Part shown: piece by piece, positions 1-9,596 of the stretch
Numbering within the stretch: the stretch's first letter is position 1
How the letters are laid out: the number at the start of each line of letters is the position of its first letter
Assembly (NCBI GenBank): GCA_016432365.1
Contig: CP066686.1
Location: 474,906-538,905 of the forward strand
Direction of reading: 5' to 3'
Origin: Candidatus Woesebacteria bacterium
GTDB taxonomy: Bacteria > Patescibacteriota > Microgenomatia > UBA8517
Length of the DNA: 64,000 nt
The notes under the pieces: generated by a model
Seen by the model: only the letters and a program-made list of their open reading frames with translations
Database searches by the model: none
Told to the model about the DNA's origin: nothing
Position numbers and translations under genes: made by a program

Positions 1-1
1 T

Positions 2-979
2 GTTATTTTTGAAAAGAAATTTGTGCACACGGAAAGCCTTCTTTCGGGATATTTCGATTACAGACAACATTTTGTGAATTTATATAAACTTTTTATTTCC
101 CGAGAGTGGGGATATGGCTCGTCAGGTTTTCCCAACGAAAAGCTAAACCTATCACTTGGAATTGTGCAGTGGGTCACGGGGTTAGTTATCCTACCTGTTT
201 TGGCAATTTTTAATTTTCGTAAAAACAAGAAAGTTTCATTGTTCGCTTTCGGTTTGATTTTTTTAACACTCCTTAGCATCTTCATGATACATATGAAATC
301 GAGTTTTATTTGGGCGCTTATTCCGCCCCTGTGGTATCTGCAGTTCCCGTGGAGATTTTTGGCCGTATGTATCTTTTTACTCTGTGTCTTATCGGGATTT
401 GCCGTCTATTTTGCAGGACGATTTAAGTATGTTTTGGGGATAGTTTTAGTTATTGCTTCTTTTGTCCTTACAATTTCTTTTTATATTCCAAAAAGCTGGT
501 TAAATATAACTGATACCGACAAGTTTTCGGATATATCTTGGGAAAAGCAACTCACGATTAGCATCTTTGATTACTTGCCGATTTATGGGATATTGCCTCC
601 ATGGAGCAAAGCTCCGGAATTTCCGGAAGTTTTATACGGAGTCGTGAAGTTTTTGGAATATAAAAAGGGGAGTGATTTTCAAACGGGGACAGTCGAGGTG
701 TCAAAGGATTCTCTTATTCGTGTTCCACTTTTTGATTTTCCCGGTATGGTTGTCAGAGTTGATGAAAAAATAGTTTCTCATATTAATGATAATTGCAGTG
801 AAGAGAGGTACTGTCGCGGACTCATTACTTTTTCGGTTCCTTCAGGAAAACACAATATTGATATCAGGCTCTCAGATACTCCGATTAGAAAAATCGGTAA
901 CACTTTAACCTTATTAAGTTTTTTAGCTGTGATACTACTGGCAATATCATTTAAAAGAAATGAAAAAAATACTACTTAA
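2..979 (+). CDS. GT-C-fold membrane glycosyltransferase, 'PTPS-related membrane protein' family (5'-partial)
   Basis: Frame is open from the window edge. Multi-TM protein with the YLQFPWRFL motif and a C-terminal 'PLFDFPG...G.I...VPSG.H...DTPIRK' domain shared with paralogs at 3262, 4889 and 11411. Confidence 0.8.
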   Translation, partial: VIFEKKFVHTESLLSGYFDYRQHFVNLYKLFISREWGYGSSGFPNEKLNLSLGIVQWVTGLVILPVLAIFNFRKNKKVSLFAFGLIFLTLLSIFMIHMKSSFIWALIPPLWYLQFPWRFLAVCIFLLCVLSGFAVYFAGRFKYVLGIVLVIASFVLTISFYIPKSWLNITDTDKFSDISWEKQLTISIFDYLPIYGILPPWSKAPEFPEVLYGVVKFLEYKKGSDFQTGTVEVSKDSLIRVPLFDFPGMVVRVDEKIVSHINDNCSEERYCRGLITFSVPSGKHNIDIRLSDTPIRKIGNTLTLLSFLAVILLAISFKRNEKNTT

Positions 980-3284
980 GATCTGGCCTTTTATAAGTAT
1001 GATTTTTATTGTCCTTGTTTTTTTTTGGAAAGTTTTAATATTAGGGGAAGTTCCGATTCCCGGAGACTTCATTGTAGGGACATACTACCCTTGGTTAGAT
1101 TATAAATGGAATTATCAGGTCGGTGTTCCTGTGAAGAATCCAATTACTTCTGACGTCGTGTCAATTGTGTATCCTCTTAGGAGCTTCGCAACGGAGATTC
1201 TTAAACAGGGGCATTTGCCTTTATGGAATCCATTTATGTTTAATGGGACCCCTCTTCTTGCTGATTTTCAGGTTGCTGTTTTGTCGCCTACTATGATATT
1301 TTATTTTTTCCTTCCTAAAATTTGGGCTTGGACTTCTCAGATTGTGGCCCAGCCAATCTTAGCCAGTTTTTTTACTTACTTGCTTTTAAGGCATTTCGGT
1401 TTGAAAAAAATCGAATCCATTTTCGGGGGGATTTTCTATGCTTTTAGTGGATTCAATATTATATGGATGGAATGGAATGCCAACACCCTTACGGCTGCTT
1501 TTATTCCACTTTCGATTTTATTAGTTGATAAATTTATTAAGGAGGGAAAATTATATTGGGGATTACTCCTATCGGTGTGTATTTGTTTTCAAATACTTTC
1601 AGGTTATCCGCAAGTTGCAATATACGGAATGATGGCGATTTTAATACTTCTATATTTTCGTATAAAAATATTAACAAAACTGAAGATTTTTCAGACATTA
1701 TTTTTTATAACTTCGGGATTGTTGCTTTCGTCAATTATTGTGGTTCCTGGATTAGAATTTATTTTAAATTCTCAAAGAAGGTATGGACTATTAGAATCTA
1801 ATTTAATATATTTTCCCTGGCAAAACCTAATAACTTTTCTTGCCCCTGATTATTTTGGGAATCCTGCCACGATCAACTACTTTGGTCTAGGTAATTATAC
1901 AGTCAATGCTGGTTACTCGGGCATTGTTGTATTTACCCTTGCGATAATAGGCATTTTTCAGTACTGGGGAAAAATAGAAGTCAAATACTTTTTGACCCTT
2001 ATAGTATTAGCTCTTTTAATGACACTTCCCACCCCCATAGCTAAAGCTATTTTTAATTCTCCGATCCCCGCAATCTCGGCATCTTCAACAACTAGGATTT
2101 TGGTGTTAGTAAATTTATCTTTGTGCATTCTCGCTGCATACGGAATCTCCACTTTGTTTAACAAGAAAAAGGTAGCAAGTATTGGTATGGTTTTCATACC
2201 ACTAATTATTCTTTCAATAGTCTCAGTGTTTACTTTTTTCATAGGAATACATAGCAGTGTTTCTTTAAGGAATATGATATTGCCGATAGCGCTTTCTGTT
2301 TCGACAATAGTTTCTCTGCTAATAATAAATACCCCGCAGGTAACTAAAAATTTTAAATACACACTGATCATAGGAGTATGTTTTTTAGCAGTAGCGGAAC
2401 TTTTTAGATATGGGTGGAAATATACTCCGTTTTCTTCGCCAAAATTAATCTTTCCAGATACGCCGGTTCTAACTTTTTTTCAAGATATTAAAAAACCATT
2501 CAGGTTTTCGGCCGGTAATGTAGTGCCAATGAACATGTGGGTTCCTTACGATCTCGAGTCGGTTTCGGGTTATGATGCCTTATATCCAATACGGTGGGCC
2601 AGATTATTGAATACAATAAATAACCAAGATATTCAATTTACAACCTTTTCTTATTACGCGCCCTTCGAACATTATAATAGTCCTTGGTTTGATTTATTAA
2701 ATAACGAATATCTGATGGTGCTTAAACCGGCAGATAAGCCCGAAAATTGGCCATTGATTAAACAGGTGCAAAAATTAGGTAAATTTAAACAAGTTTTTCA
2801 GGATAAATCTGTTGTGATTTTTAAAAATACCACAGCTGCACCCAGAGCATTTTTTGTTTCAGACTGGGATATTAAATCAGATGAGGATGCCCTTTCTGTT
2901 TTAATGGCTCCGAATTTTCCTCTTGATAAGAAGATAATAATTGATAGAAATATTAATTTTGTTAAAAGTAAAGATTCGCAAAGCAACGTAGTATACAGTT
3001 TATATACGCCAACCAAAAGTATTCTTAATATAAACACCAATAAAGACGGATTTTTGTTTGTATCCGATGCATGGTATCCTGGATGGAAGGCTAAAGTGGA
3101 CGGAAACGACACTTATGTATATAAAGCAGATTATTCATTTCGTGCAGTGCCGGTTACCAGCGGGACTCATGAGGTGGAATTTTGGTACGAACCCGAATCT
3201 TTGAAGTTGGGGCAAATTCTGTCTCTAGCAACAATGGTATGCTTATTGGGGGTATTTATATATGAAAATAAAGTTTTTTCTTAA
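960..3284 (+). CDS. YfhO-family GT-C membrane glycosyltransferase
   Basis: 774 aa multi-TM. PLWNPFMFNGTPLLA near the N-terminus, SGYD motif, and C-terminal 'SDAWYPGWKAKVDG...FRAV...GTHEVEFWYEP' typical of YfhO-like proteins. Confidence 0.85.
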   Translation: MKKILLKIWPFISMIFIVLVFFWKVLILGEVPIPGDFIVGTYYPWLDYKWNYQVGVPVKNPITSDVVSIVYPLRSFATEILKQGHLPLWNPFMFNGTPLLADFQVAVLSPTMIFYFFLPKIWAWTSQIVAQPILASFFTYLLLRHFGLKKIESIFGGIFYAFSGFNIIWMEWNANTLTAAFIPLSILLVDKFIKEGKLYWGLLLSVCICFQILSGYPQVAIYGMMAILILLYFRIKILTKLKIFQTLFFITSGLLLSSIIVVPGLEFILNSQRRYGLLESNLIYFPWQNLITFLAPDYFGNPATINYFGLGNYTVNAGYSGIVVFTLAIIGIFQYWGKIEVKYFLTLIVLALLMTLPTPIAKAIFNSPIPAISASSTTRILVLVNLSLCILAAYGISTLFNKKKVASIGMVFIPLIILSIVSVFTFFIGIHSSVSLRNMILPIALSVSTIVSLLIINTPQVTKNFKYTLIIGVCFLAVAELFRYGWKYTPFSSPKLIFPDTPVLTFFQDIKKPFRFSAGNVVPMNMWVPYDLESVSGYDALYPIRWARLLNTINNQDIQFTTFSYYAPFEHYNSPWFDLLNNEYLMVLKPADKPENWPLIKQVQKLGKFKQVFQDKSVVIFKNTTAAPRAFFVSDWDIKSDEDALSVLMAPNFPLDKKIIIDRNINFVKSKDSQSNVVYSLYTPTKSILNINTNKDGFLFVSDAWYPGWKAKVDGNDTYVYKADYSFRAVPVTSGTHEVEFWYEPESLKLGQILSLATMVCLLGVFIYENKVFS

Positions 3285-4917
3285 TAATCATTTCTGGATT
3301 TTGATTTTTGCTCTTTCGGCTCTTGTCGTCTGGCCGTTATTTATGCCCGGATATTTTTCTCATCACGACAATCTTCAGGCGATGAGGATTTTTGAGATGA
3401 GGAAGTGTTTTGCCGATTTCCAAATCCCTTGCCGATGGGTTCCCGATATGGGTTACGGAAACGGGTACCCACTTTTTAATTTTTATGGTCCTCTATCTTA
3501 CTATTTAGGAGCCGTTGTGAGTTTTATTTTAGGCTACATTTGGTCAGCAAAACTTTTGTTTTTTCTTCCATTAGTTGTTGGTGGGCTGGGGATGTATCTT
3601 CTGGGAAGAGAACTTTTTGGAAAGATTCCCGGAGCCGTTTCCGCAATACTTTATTTGTTTGCGCCGTACAGGGCGCTAGATTCATACGTAAGAGGGGCTG
3701 TGGGGGAGAGTTTTGCGCTTGCAATCATCCCCTTTGTTTATTACTTGTATTTAAGATTGATTAAAACTAAAGAAAAGAAATATTTTGCACTCGCCATAGT
3801 TTCGATGTCGCTTCTTTTGGTGTCCCACAACATAATGACATTAATTTTTACACCACTGATAATTATATGGGTTTTCTTTTTGTTATATAGAGACAAATGG
3901 AATGGATTAAAAATTGCAATTTTGAGCTTGGGTTTGGCCGTCGGCCTTTCGGCTTTTTTCATTCTACCCGCATTTTTAGAAAAGAGTTTAGTCCAAACGG
4001 AAGCATTGACCAGAAATGAATTGGATTTCAGGGCTCAGTTTGTAAAGGTTTCACAATTATTTATTGACAGGTCGTGGAATTATTCGGGATCCCAGCCCCA
4101 GTCTGCTAATACAATTTCTTACCAAATTGGTTGGCCCCATTGGTGGCTTGTGGTTTTGTCTCTTGTTGCTGTGATTTTTTGTAAGAAAAGAAAAGACATC
4201 GCACTTTTTACTTTTTACTTTTTACTTTTTACTTTTGGAGTGTATATGACTCACAATAAATCATCTTTTATCTGGGAATATATAAAAATATTGGCTTATA
4301 TTCAGTTTCCGTGGAGATTTTTGTCAGTTGTAATTCTTTCGTCAAGCTTACTCGGTGGTTATTTTATATTTATCTTTAAAGGTAAGGTTCGCTACCTATT
4401 CGCTATCACCTTTTCGTTATTAGCCATATTATTGAACTGGCAGTATTTCAAGCCAGAGCATTTCTATTTCAACCTGACAGACAAAGAGCTTCTTTCCGGC
4501 CAAAACTTTATCGACCAGCAAAAGGGTGCTCTTTTAGACTATCTTCCCAAAACGGCACTTGAACCCAGAGAGCTTGCTCCGGATGCGCCGTATGTGGTTT
4601 CGGGAAAGGCGGAAATATTTGATTTTATAAATAAATCAAATAGGTGGACGTTTAAAACAGACGCTGTAAGCGAGTCGAAGGTGGAGATACCGGTTTTTGA
4701 TTTTCCGGGTTGGACCGTATTTGTGAACGGTAAAGAAGTTGTCCACACAAACGACAATGTTTTGGGTAGAATTGGCGTAACTATACCGGGAGGAAAATCG
4801 AATGTCGAAGGAAAATTCAAAAATACACCCATAAGAATTTTGGGGAACACCCTTACGGGGTTAAGTTTTGTTTTATTGGTATTAATATATGCAAAAGGTA
4901 AAAAACTTTTTAGCTAA
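3262..4917 (+). CDS. GT-C membrane glycosyltransferase, PTPS-related family
   Basis: Motifs HHD..R, RWVPDMGYGNGYPLFNFY, APYR...YVRGAVGE and IQFPWRFL. Confidence 0.85.
   Translation: MKIKFFLNNHFWILIFALSALVVWPLFMPGYFSHHDNLQAMRIFEMRKCFADFQIPCRWVPDMGYGNGYPLFNFYGPLSYYLGAVVSFILGYIWSAKLLFFLPLVVGGLGMYLLGRELFGKIPGAVSAILYLFAPYRALDSYVRGAVGESFALAIIPFVYYLYLRLIKTKEKKYFALAIVSMSLLLVSHNIMTLIFTPLIIIWVFFLLYRDKWNGLKIAILSLGLAVGLSAFFILPAFLEKSLVQTEALTRNELDFRAQFVKVSQLFIDRSWNYSGSQPQSANTISYQIGWPHWWLVVLSLVAVIFCKKRKDIALFTFYFLLFTFGVYMTHNKSSFIWEYIKILAYIQFPWRFLSVVILSSSLLGGYFIFIFKGKVRYLFAITFSLLAILLNWQYFKPEHFYFNLTDKELLSGQNFIDQQKGALLDYLPKTALEPRELAPDAPYVVSGKAEIFDFINKSNRWTFKTDAVSESKVEIPVFDFPGWTVFVNGKEVVHTNDNVLGRIGVTIPGGKSNVEGKFKNTPIRILGNTLTGLSFVLLVLIYAKGKKLFS
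4203..4236 (+). repeat. Heptamer tandem repeat (ACTTTTT)x4 plus ACTTTT, inside a CDS
   Basis: Read directly: acttttt acttttt acttttt acttttt actttt, encoding LFTFYFLLFTF. Confidence 0.9.
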
Positions 4918-6493
4918 ACCCGCACACCAAAAATTTGGTGGTGTGGGTAAATATCCCTTTCTGACGATTCTGTTATTGTCTATCCCTGCTGTTTGGGCAT
5001 TATTTGTACCGGGATATTTTGGCGCCAGCGATGACCTGCATATTGGATGGTTATTTGAGATGAATAGATCACTATCTCTCGGTCAATTTCCTCCCAGATT
5101 TGTTCCGGATCTTTCTTTTGGATTTGGCTACCCTCTTTTTAATTTTGTTTTTCCGTTACCTTTTTACATCGGAGAAATATTCCATAGGTTAGGGTTATCT
5201 TTTGTCGACAGCGTTAAAGCAATATTCCTTATAAGCGTGCCGCTTTCAATGTACTTCATGTATAAGTTTATAAAAGAGTATGCAAACGAGTTCTTGGCGC
5301 TTGCGGGGGCTGTTTTATATGTTTATACCCCGTATAGGGCTACAGACATATATGTCAGGGGGGCAATAGGGGAAATATTGGCGTTTGTTTTCCCTCCACT
5401 AATTGCTTTTGCGATCGCAAAGATAGGTAAAGACAAATCGGCTAAATGGATATGTCTTCTGTCATTGGGTGTAGCGGGACTTATCTTATCTCACGATATC
5501 ATGGCCTATATGTTTATTCCGTTTTTGGCTTTATTTGCGTTGGTACAATGGAAAGGATTACTCAGGTCTGTTTACGGATTTATATTGGGTCTCTTAGTAA
5601 GTTTGTATTTTTGGCTTCCGGCGCTCGTTGAGAGCAAGTTGATGAAGTATGGGACGGGAAATTTTGATTTTATTGATCATTTCCCCACCCTTAGACAACT
5701 GGTCACTCCGTATTTTGGATACGGCGCGTCAGTCCCGGGGCCCTATGACGGAATGAGTTTTTTTATGGGTGCGATAAATGTATTGTTGATTGTCGCCGCA
5801 ATAGTTTTTGTCAAGAAAGGTAGGATAGTTATATATTGGGCGCTTTTTACAATAGCCGTTTCTGTGTTTCTGATGAATTTTAGATCTACTTCTTTATGGA
5901 AAATCATTCCATACTTACCGTACTTTCAGTTTCCATGGAGGTTTTTAAGTTTAACTACGTTTACAACTTCAGTTCTTGTAATATTGTTCGATAAATTCAA
6001 ATTTGCGAAGGCTATTGGTGTCGTAATTATTCTTGCGGCCATCGCTCTTAATTTTACAAATTACAAACCACATGACTTTTTAGGGAGAACTGATGCTTAT
6101 TATTTAAATAGATATATTCCGTTCCCTGTTGCCTCTGCCGAATACCTTAAAACTCAGGAAGAGTATTTGCGCTTACCGGCCGCAACAGAAGTACGACCTG
6201 ATAAAATCTCCCCAAACTCCGGAATGAATACTACATTCAATGTAAGCTATACAAAAGAAACTGTTTATGATTATTACAAATACTATTTCCCTGGATGGGT
6301 GGTTTCAGTTGACGGGAAACAGGTAGAAGTCTACGCCGGCAAACCGTATGGTCAGGTTGAGTTTAAGGTTCCCGCGGGGGAACATCAGGTCGAAGTAGCA
6401 TTTCGGGAAACAAAGTTTAGGGGAATATTAGATATAATTTCCTTGCTGAGTATTCTGGGTATTGTTACAATGCTTGTTAGAAAAAACAAATGA
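4889..6493 (+). CDS. GT-C membrane glycosyltransferase, PTPS-related family
   Basis: Motifs SDD, RFVPDLSFGFGYPLFNF, TPYR..DIYVRGAIGE, FQFPWRFL and YYFPGW. Carries an 11-aa N-terminal palindromic insertion. Confidence 0.85.
   Translation: MQKVKNFLAKPAHQKFGGVGKYPFLTILLLSIPAVWALFVPGYFGASDDLHIGWLFEMNRSLSLGQFPPRFVPDLSFGFGYPLFNFVFPLPFYIGEIFHRLGLSFVDSVKAIFLISVPLSMYFMYKFIKEYANEFLALAGAVLYVYTPYRATDIYVRGAIGEILAFVFPPLIAFAIAKIGKDKSAKWICLLSLGVAGLILSHDIMAYMFIPFLALFALVQWKGLLRSVYGFILGLLVSLYFWLPALVESKLMKYGTGNFDFIDHFPTLRQLVTPYFGYGASVPGPYDGMSFFMGAINVLLIVAAIVFVKKGRIVIYWALFTIAVSVFLMNFRSTSLWKIIPYLPYFQFPWRFLSLTTFTTSVLVILFDKFKFAKAIGVVIILAAIALNFTNYKPHDFLGRTDAYYLNRYIPFPVASAEYLKTQEEYLRLPAATEVRPDKISPNSGMNTTFNVSYTKETVYDYYKYYFPGWVVSVDGKQVEVYAGKPYGQVEFKVPAGEHQVEVAFRETKFRGILDIISLLSILGIVTMLVRKNK
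4915..4951. repeat. 33-nt palindromic in-frame insertion flanked by TAAA direct repeats
   Basis: TAAA-CCCGCACACCAAAAATTTGGTGGTGTGGG-TAAA forms an imperfect hairpin and adds PAHQKFGGVGK to the ORF at 4889. Confidence 0.7.
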
Positions 6494-7842
6494 CAAAAAA
6501 AATCCTCATGGTTCTAACGATAGGAGTTTTAATCCGGTTGTTCTTGGCATTTTCGACATTTCATTCGGATGTCCAGCCGTTCTATTTTGCCGGCGAGGTG
6601 ATTGCCAAAGGAAATGTTTTAAATTTTTACGACTATTTAAGGAACTTGCCTACGCACGACCCGATTTTGAAAATCTATCCTGCTAACCTCTTTAATTACC
6701 CGCCTTTGGTTTACTTTTTCTTGGGCCCGATCAGTTATTTAGTCTCCCTTCCATTCAGCAGAGATCTTCTTCATGGCTTTATATTCAATTTGCCCGCACT
6801 TTTGGGCAATATTCAACTTAATTTTTTGCTACTTATTCTAAAATTTCCGTACCTGCCTTTTGATTTGGGGATAGCCGCTTTACTTTATAAATTTTTCAAA
6901 GATCCCAAAAACAAATTTTTGGCGTTTACCCTATGGATGTTTAATCCTATTAACTTATACGCAACATATATGATGGGACAGTTTGATGTTATCCCCACAT
7001 TTCTGGCCGTTCTTGCGCTTTTTGTGGCTGTCAAAAAAGAAAAATATTTTTTGGCGGCACTGTTTCTGGGATTGGGTGCTTCTTTTAAGATATTCCCGTT
7101 TTTATTTCTTGTACCGCTCGCGTTGATGAAGAGTAAGTGGTTGGATAGAATTAAAATCCTTGGAATCGGAACGTTAACATATCTTGCAACCATCCTACCT
7201 TTCATAAATTCACACGGATTTAGAGCTACTGCCTTACTTGCCGGTCAAACAACAAAAAGTTTGTATGCTACGCTTCCCATATCGGGTGGGGAGGCTATAA
7301 TATTTTTTCCTTTTTTTATACTTTTTACATATATTATTTTCTTTTTCATCAAGGGTACGGCAGACAATCTCTGGCAAAGATTTTTTATGGTGATTTTACT
7401 CTTCTTTGTTTTTACCCATACCCATCCTCAATGGTTTTTATGGTTAACGCCGTTTTTAGTTATTGATTTAATTAAGTCGCGTTTTTCCCATTGGCCGCTA
7501 ACCATTACATTGTTTGTGGTCTGGCTTGGACAGGTGACTTTTTTTGACCCGGGTCTGTCTGTTTGGCTTTTCTCTCCAATTTCTCCAGGCCTCTATGGCC
7601 TGCCTGGTATTTGGACCAATCTGGGAATAAATTTAGACATAAACTTTGCAAGAAGTATCTTACAAACTGTGTTTGTTTCGGTGGCCGCCTATTTTATTTA
7701 TAACAGCATTCAAGAAGACCTCGCAGCTCGCTGCGAGGATGAATTGAACGCCGATATGTCATCCTCCCTTAAGGGGAAACCTCGCACTTTAGTGCGTGGA
7801 GGATATCATAATTATTTCCCCAAAAAAGTTGATAAAAAATGA
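6490..7842 (+). CDS. GT87/DUF2029-like GT-C glycosyltransferase
   Basis: Multi-TM with FHSD, FNYPPL, FNP, GQFDVIP, SFKIFP and HPQWFLW motifs. The C-terminus is extended by a 36-aa insertion. Confidence 0.75.
   Translation: MTKKILMVLTIGVLIRLFLAFSTFHSDVQPFYFAGEVIAKGNVLNFYDYLRNLPTHDPILKIYPANLFNYPPLVYFFLGPISYLVSLPFSRDLLHGFIFNLPALLGNIQLNFLLLILKFPYLPFDLGIAALLYKFFKDPKNKFLAFTLWMFNPINLYATYMMGQFDVIPTFLAVLALFVAVKKEKYFLAALFLGLGASFKIFPFLFLVPLALMKSKWLDRIKILGIGTLTYLATILPFINSHGFRATALLAGQTTKSLYATLPISGGEAIIFFPFFILFTYIIFFFIKGTADNLWQRFFMVILLFFVFTHTHPQWFLWLTPFLVIDLIKSRFSHWPLTITLFVVWLGQVTFFDPGLSVWLFSPISPGLYGLPGIWTNLGINLDINFARSILQTVFVSVAAYFIYNSIQEDLAARCEDELNADMSSSLKGKPRTLVRGGYHNYFPKKVDKK
7702..7809 (+). mobile_element. 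108-nt non-autonomous IS200/IS605-like miniature element (PATE-like), inserted in frame
   Basis: 50% GC by hand count. Left hairpin CCTCGCAGC-TC-GCTGCGAGG; right hairpin CCTCGCACT-TT-AGTGCGTGG followed by AGGATATCA. Preceded by TTTAT; ATAA is repeated 108 nt apart. Confidence 0.65.
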
Positions 7843-9485
7843 TTATCTTAACGGTTTTAACTATCTTGGGTGTAATTTTTCAAGGCGTTGCCATGTTTCG
7901 AAGCGGGTGGCTTTATAATTACGGCGTAGGGTATTTTGGCCCGCTTGCGCGAGACGGAGTATGGCACGAAGCGCTTGCCGGGCAGTTGAATAAAAGTATT
8001 CCTCCCGTTAACCCCGGGCTTGCCGGGCAGGTGTTAACTAATTACCATTATTTTTTCGATATTTTGGTGGCCAAGATCTCGCAATTCACTTTTTTCTCGC
8101 CTCAATTTTTAATTTATCGGTTGTTTCCGGTTATATTTTCCATTCTTCTCGGAATCGGAACGTACAAATTAGCCAACATTCTTTTCAAAGATAAAAAAAC
8201 TGGCCTTTGGGCTGTATTTTTTGCCTATTTTGCAAGTAGTTTTGGCTGGATTGTGAGCCTTGCAAAACACCAACCTTTGGCCGGAGAATCGGCGTTTTGG
8301 GCTAACCAGCCGGTTTCGATGAACCTTAACCCCCCCTATGCAATATCGTTGGTCATAATAATTTTTTCAGTAATTCTTTTAGATTTATATTTAAAAAAAC
8401 CGAACTTTTTAAAAGGTTTTATTTTATCAATTGCGATTGGTTCTCTGGTTGGTTTTAAAGCATATGCTGGCGCAATATGTCTCGGTGCTTTATTTGTTTT
8501 GACGTTAAAGAAAATATTTTTCGACAAAAATTTCAGTCTTCTGCCGGTGTTTATTTTTTCAGCAAGTGTATTCACCATCATCTATCTATCAATTAGTAAG
8601 GGAGCTGCGGGTCTTGTCGGATTTCAACCACTTTGGCTAATCGATACAATGATTGACGCCGGAGACAGGGTCGGTATTCCCAATTTTACCGCAAGAAGAT
8701 TTGCATATTTAGGGGGTCAGAAATGGTTACATTTTGGTTTAATAGAGATCATTGGCCTGTCAATATTTTTTATTGGAAATTTGGGGACGCGTATTGTTGG
8801 ACTCTGGGGATTTAGTAAAAAGTTTTTCAAAGAAGATTTGCACCTATTTATATTTTTGGTGATGGGTGTATCTATTATACCCACGCTTCTGTTCGTTCAA
8901 AAAGGAAACCCTTGGAATATTATTCAATTTTTTTATTATTTCTTATATTTCGCCGGGTTATATGCTGCGAATTCCATAAAAAAGTTTCCGGTATTTCTTA
9001 TGGTTGCGATAGTTCTGATTACACCTATTAGTTCGATCGCTACGTTCCGTAGTTGGCTTTATCCCAACCCCCCGGCTTATCTGTCCGGTATGGAATACAC
9101 CGCCTTAAAATATCTCTCTACTCAGGCAGACGGCACCGTCTTAAAGCATCCGTTCGATAGAGATATGCGTGGTAAATTCAAAGATCCGTATCCATTAAGT
9201 GTTTATGCAGATAATTCGTATGTGTCCGCCTATTCCGGAAAAAGTGTATACATTGAAGACGTTGAGCAACAGATAATCCTTAATACTGATTATGAAACAA
9301 GGGTAAAAAATGCCGACAGGTTTTTTGTTGAAAAAGATTTGAAGTGGTCAAGTAAGTTTTTGAAAGATAACGATATACGTTATGTTTATTTGCCCAAGAT
9401 CTATCAATTGCCAATGGCCGAAGAAGAGTATCCAATAAAAAAGATTTTTGAGAACAATGCTGTTAATATATATAAAGTACAATAG
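7839..9485 (+). CDS. GT-C membrane glycosyltransferase with a C-terminal soluble domain (STT3/AglB-like architecture)
   Basis: RDGVWHEAL, NYHYFFD and GESAFW..QP motifs, many TMs, and a C-terminal 'ALKYL...YVSAYSGK...RYVYL...IFEN' domain. Paralog of the minus-strand gene at 13100. Confidence 0.7.
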   Translation: MIILTVLTILGVIFQGVAMFRSGWLYNYGVGYFGPLARDGVWHEALAGQLNKSIPPVNPGLAGQVLTNYHYFFDILVAKISQFTFFSPQFLIYRLFPVIFSILLGIGTYKLANILFKDKKTGLWAVFFAYFASSFGWIVSLAKHQPLAGESAFWANQPVSMNLNPPYAISLVIIIFSVILLDLYLKKPNFLKGFILSIAIGSLVGFKAYAGAICLGALFVLTLKKIFFDKNFSLLPVFIFSASVFTIIYLSISKGAAGLVGFQPLWLIDTMIDAGDRVGIPNFTARRFAYLGGQKWLHFGLIEIIGLSIFFIGNLGTRIVGLWGFSKKFFKEDLHLFIFLVMGVSIIPTLLFVQKGNPWNIIQFFYYFLYFAGLYAANSIKKFPVFLMVAIVLITPISSIATFRSWLYPNPPAYLSGMEYTALKYLSTQADGTVLKHPFDRDMRGKFKDPYPLSVYADNSYVSAYSGKSVYIEDVEQQIILNTDYETRVKNADRFFVEKDLKWSSKFLKDNDIRYVYLPKIYQLPMAEEEYPIKKIFENNAVNIYKVQ

Positions 9486-9590
9486 CGAACTCAAAACAAA
9501 ATGGAGAATTAATACATTTTTTGAGTTCGGTATATAGGAATACTACGTTTGCCAAACAAAATGTCAAAAAGTGACATTTTGTTTTAAGAT
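9486..9590. promoter_or_regulatory. Two intergenic inverted repeats followed by a -10-like box
   Basis: CGAACTCAAAA(9486)...TTTTGAGTTCG(9529); perfect AAACAAAATGTCA-N5-TGACATTTTGTTT (9554-9584); TAAGAT at 9585-9590, 6 nt before ATG 9597. Confidence 0.55.
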
Positions 9591-9596
9591 GACTAT

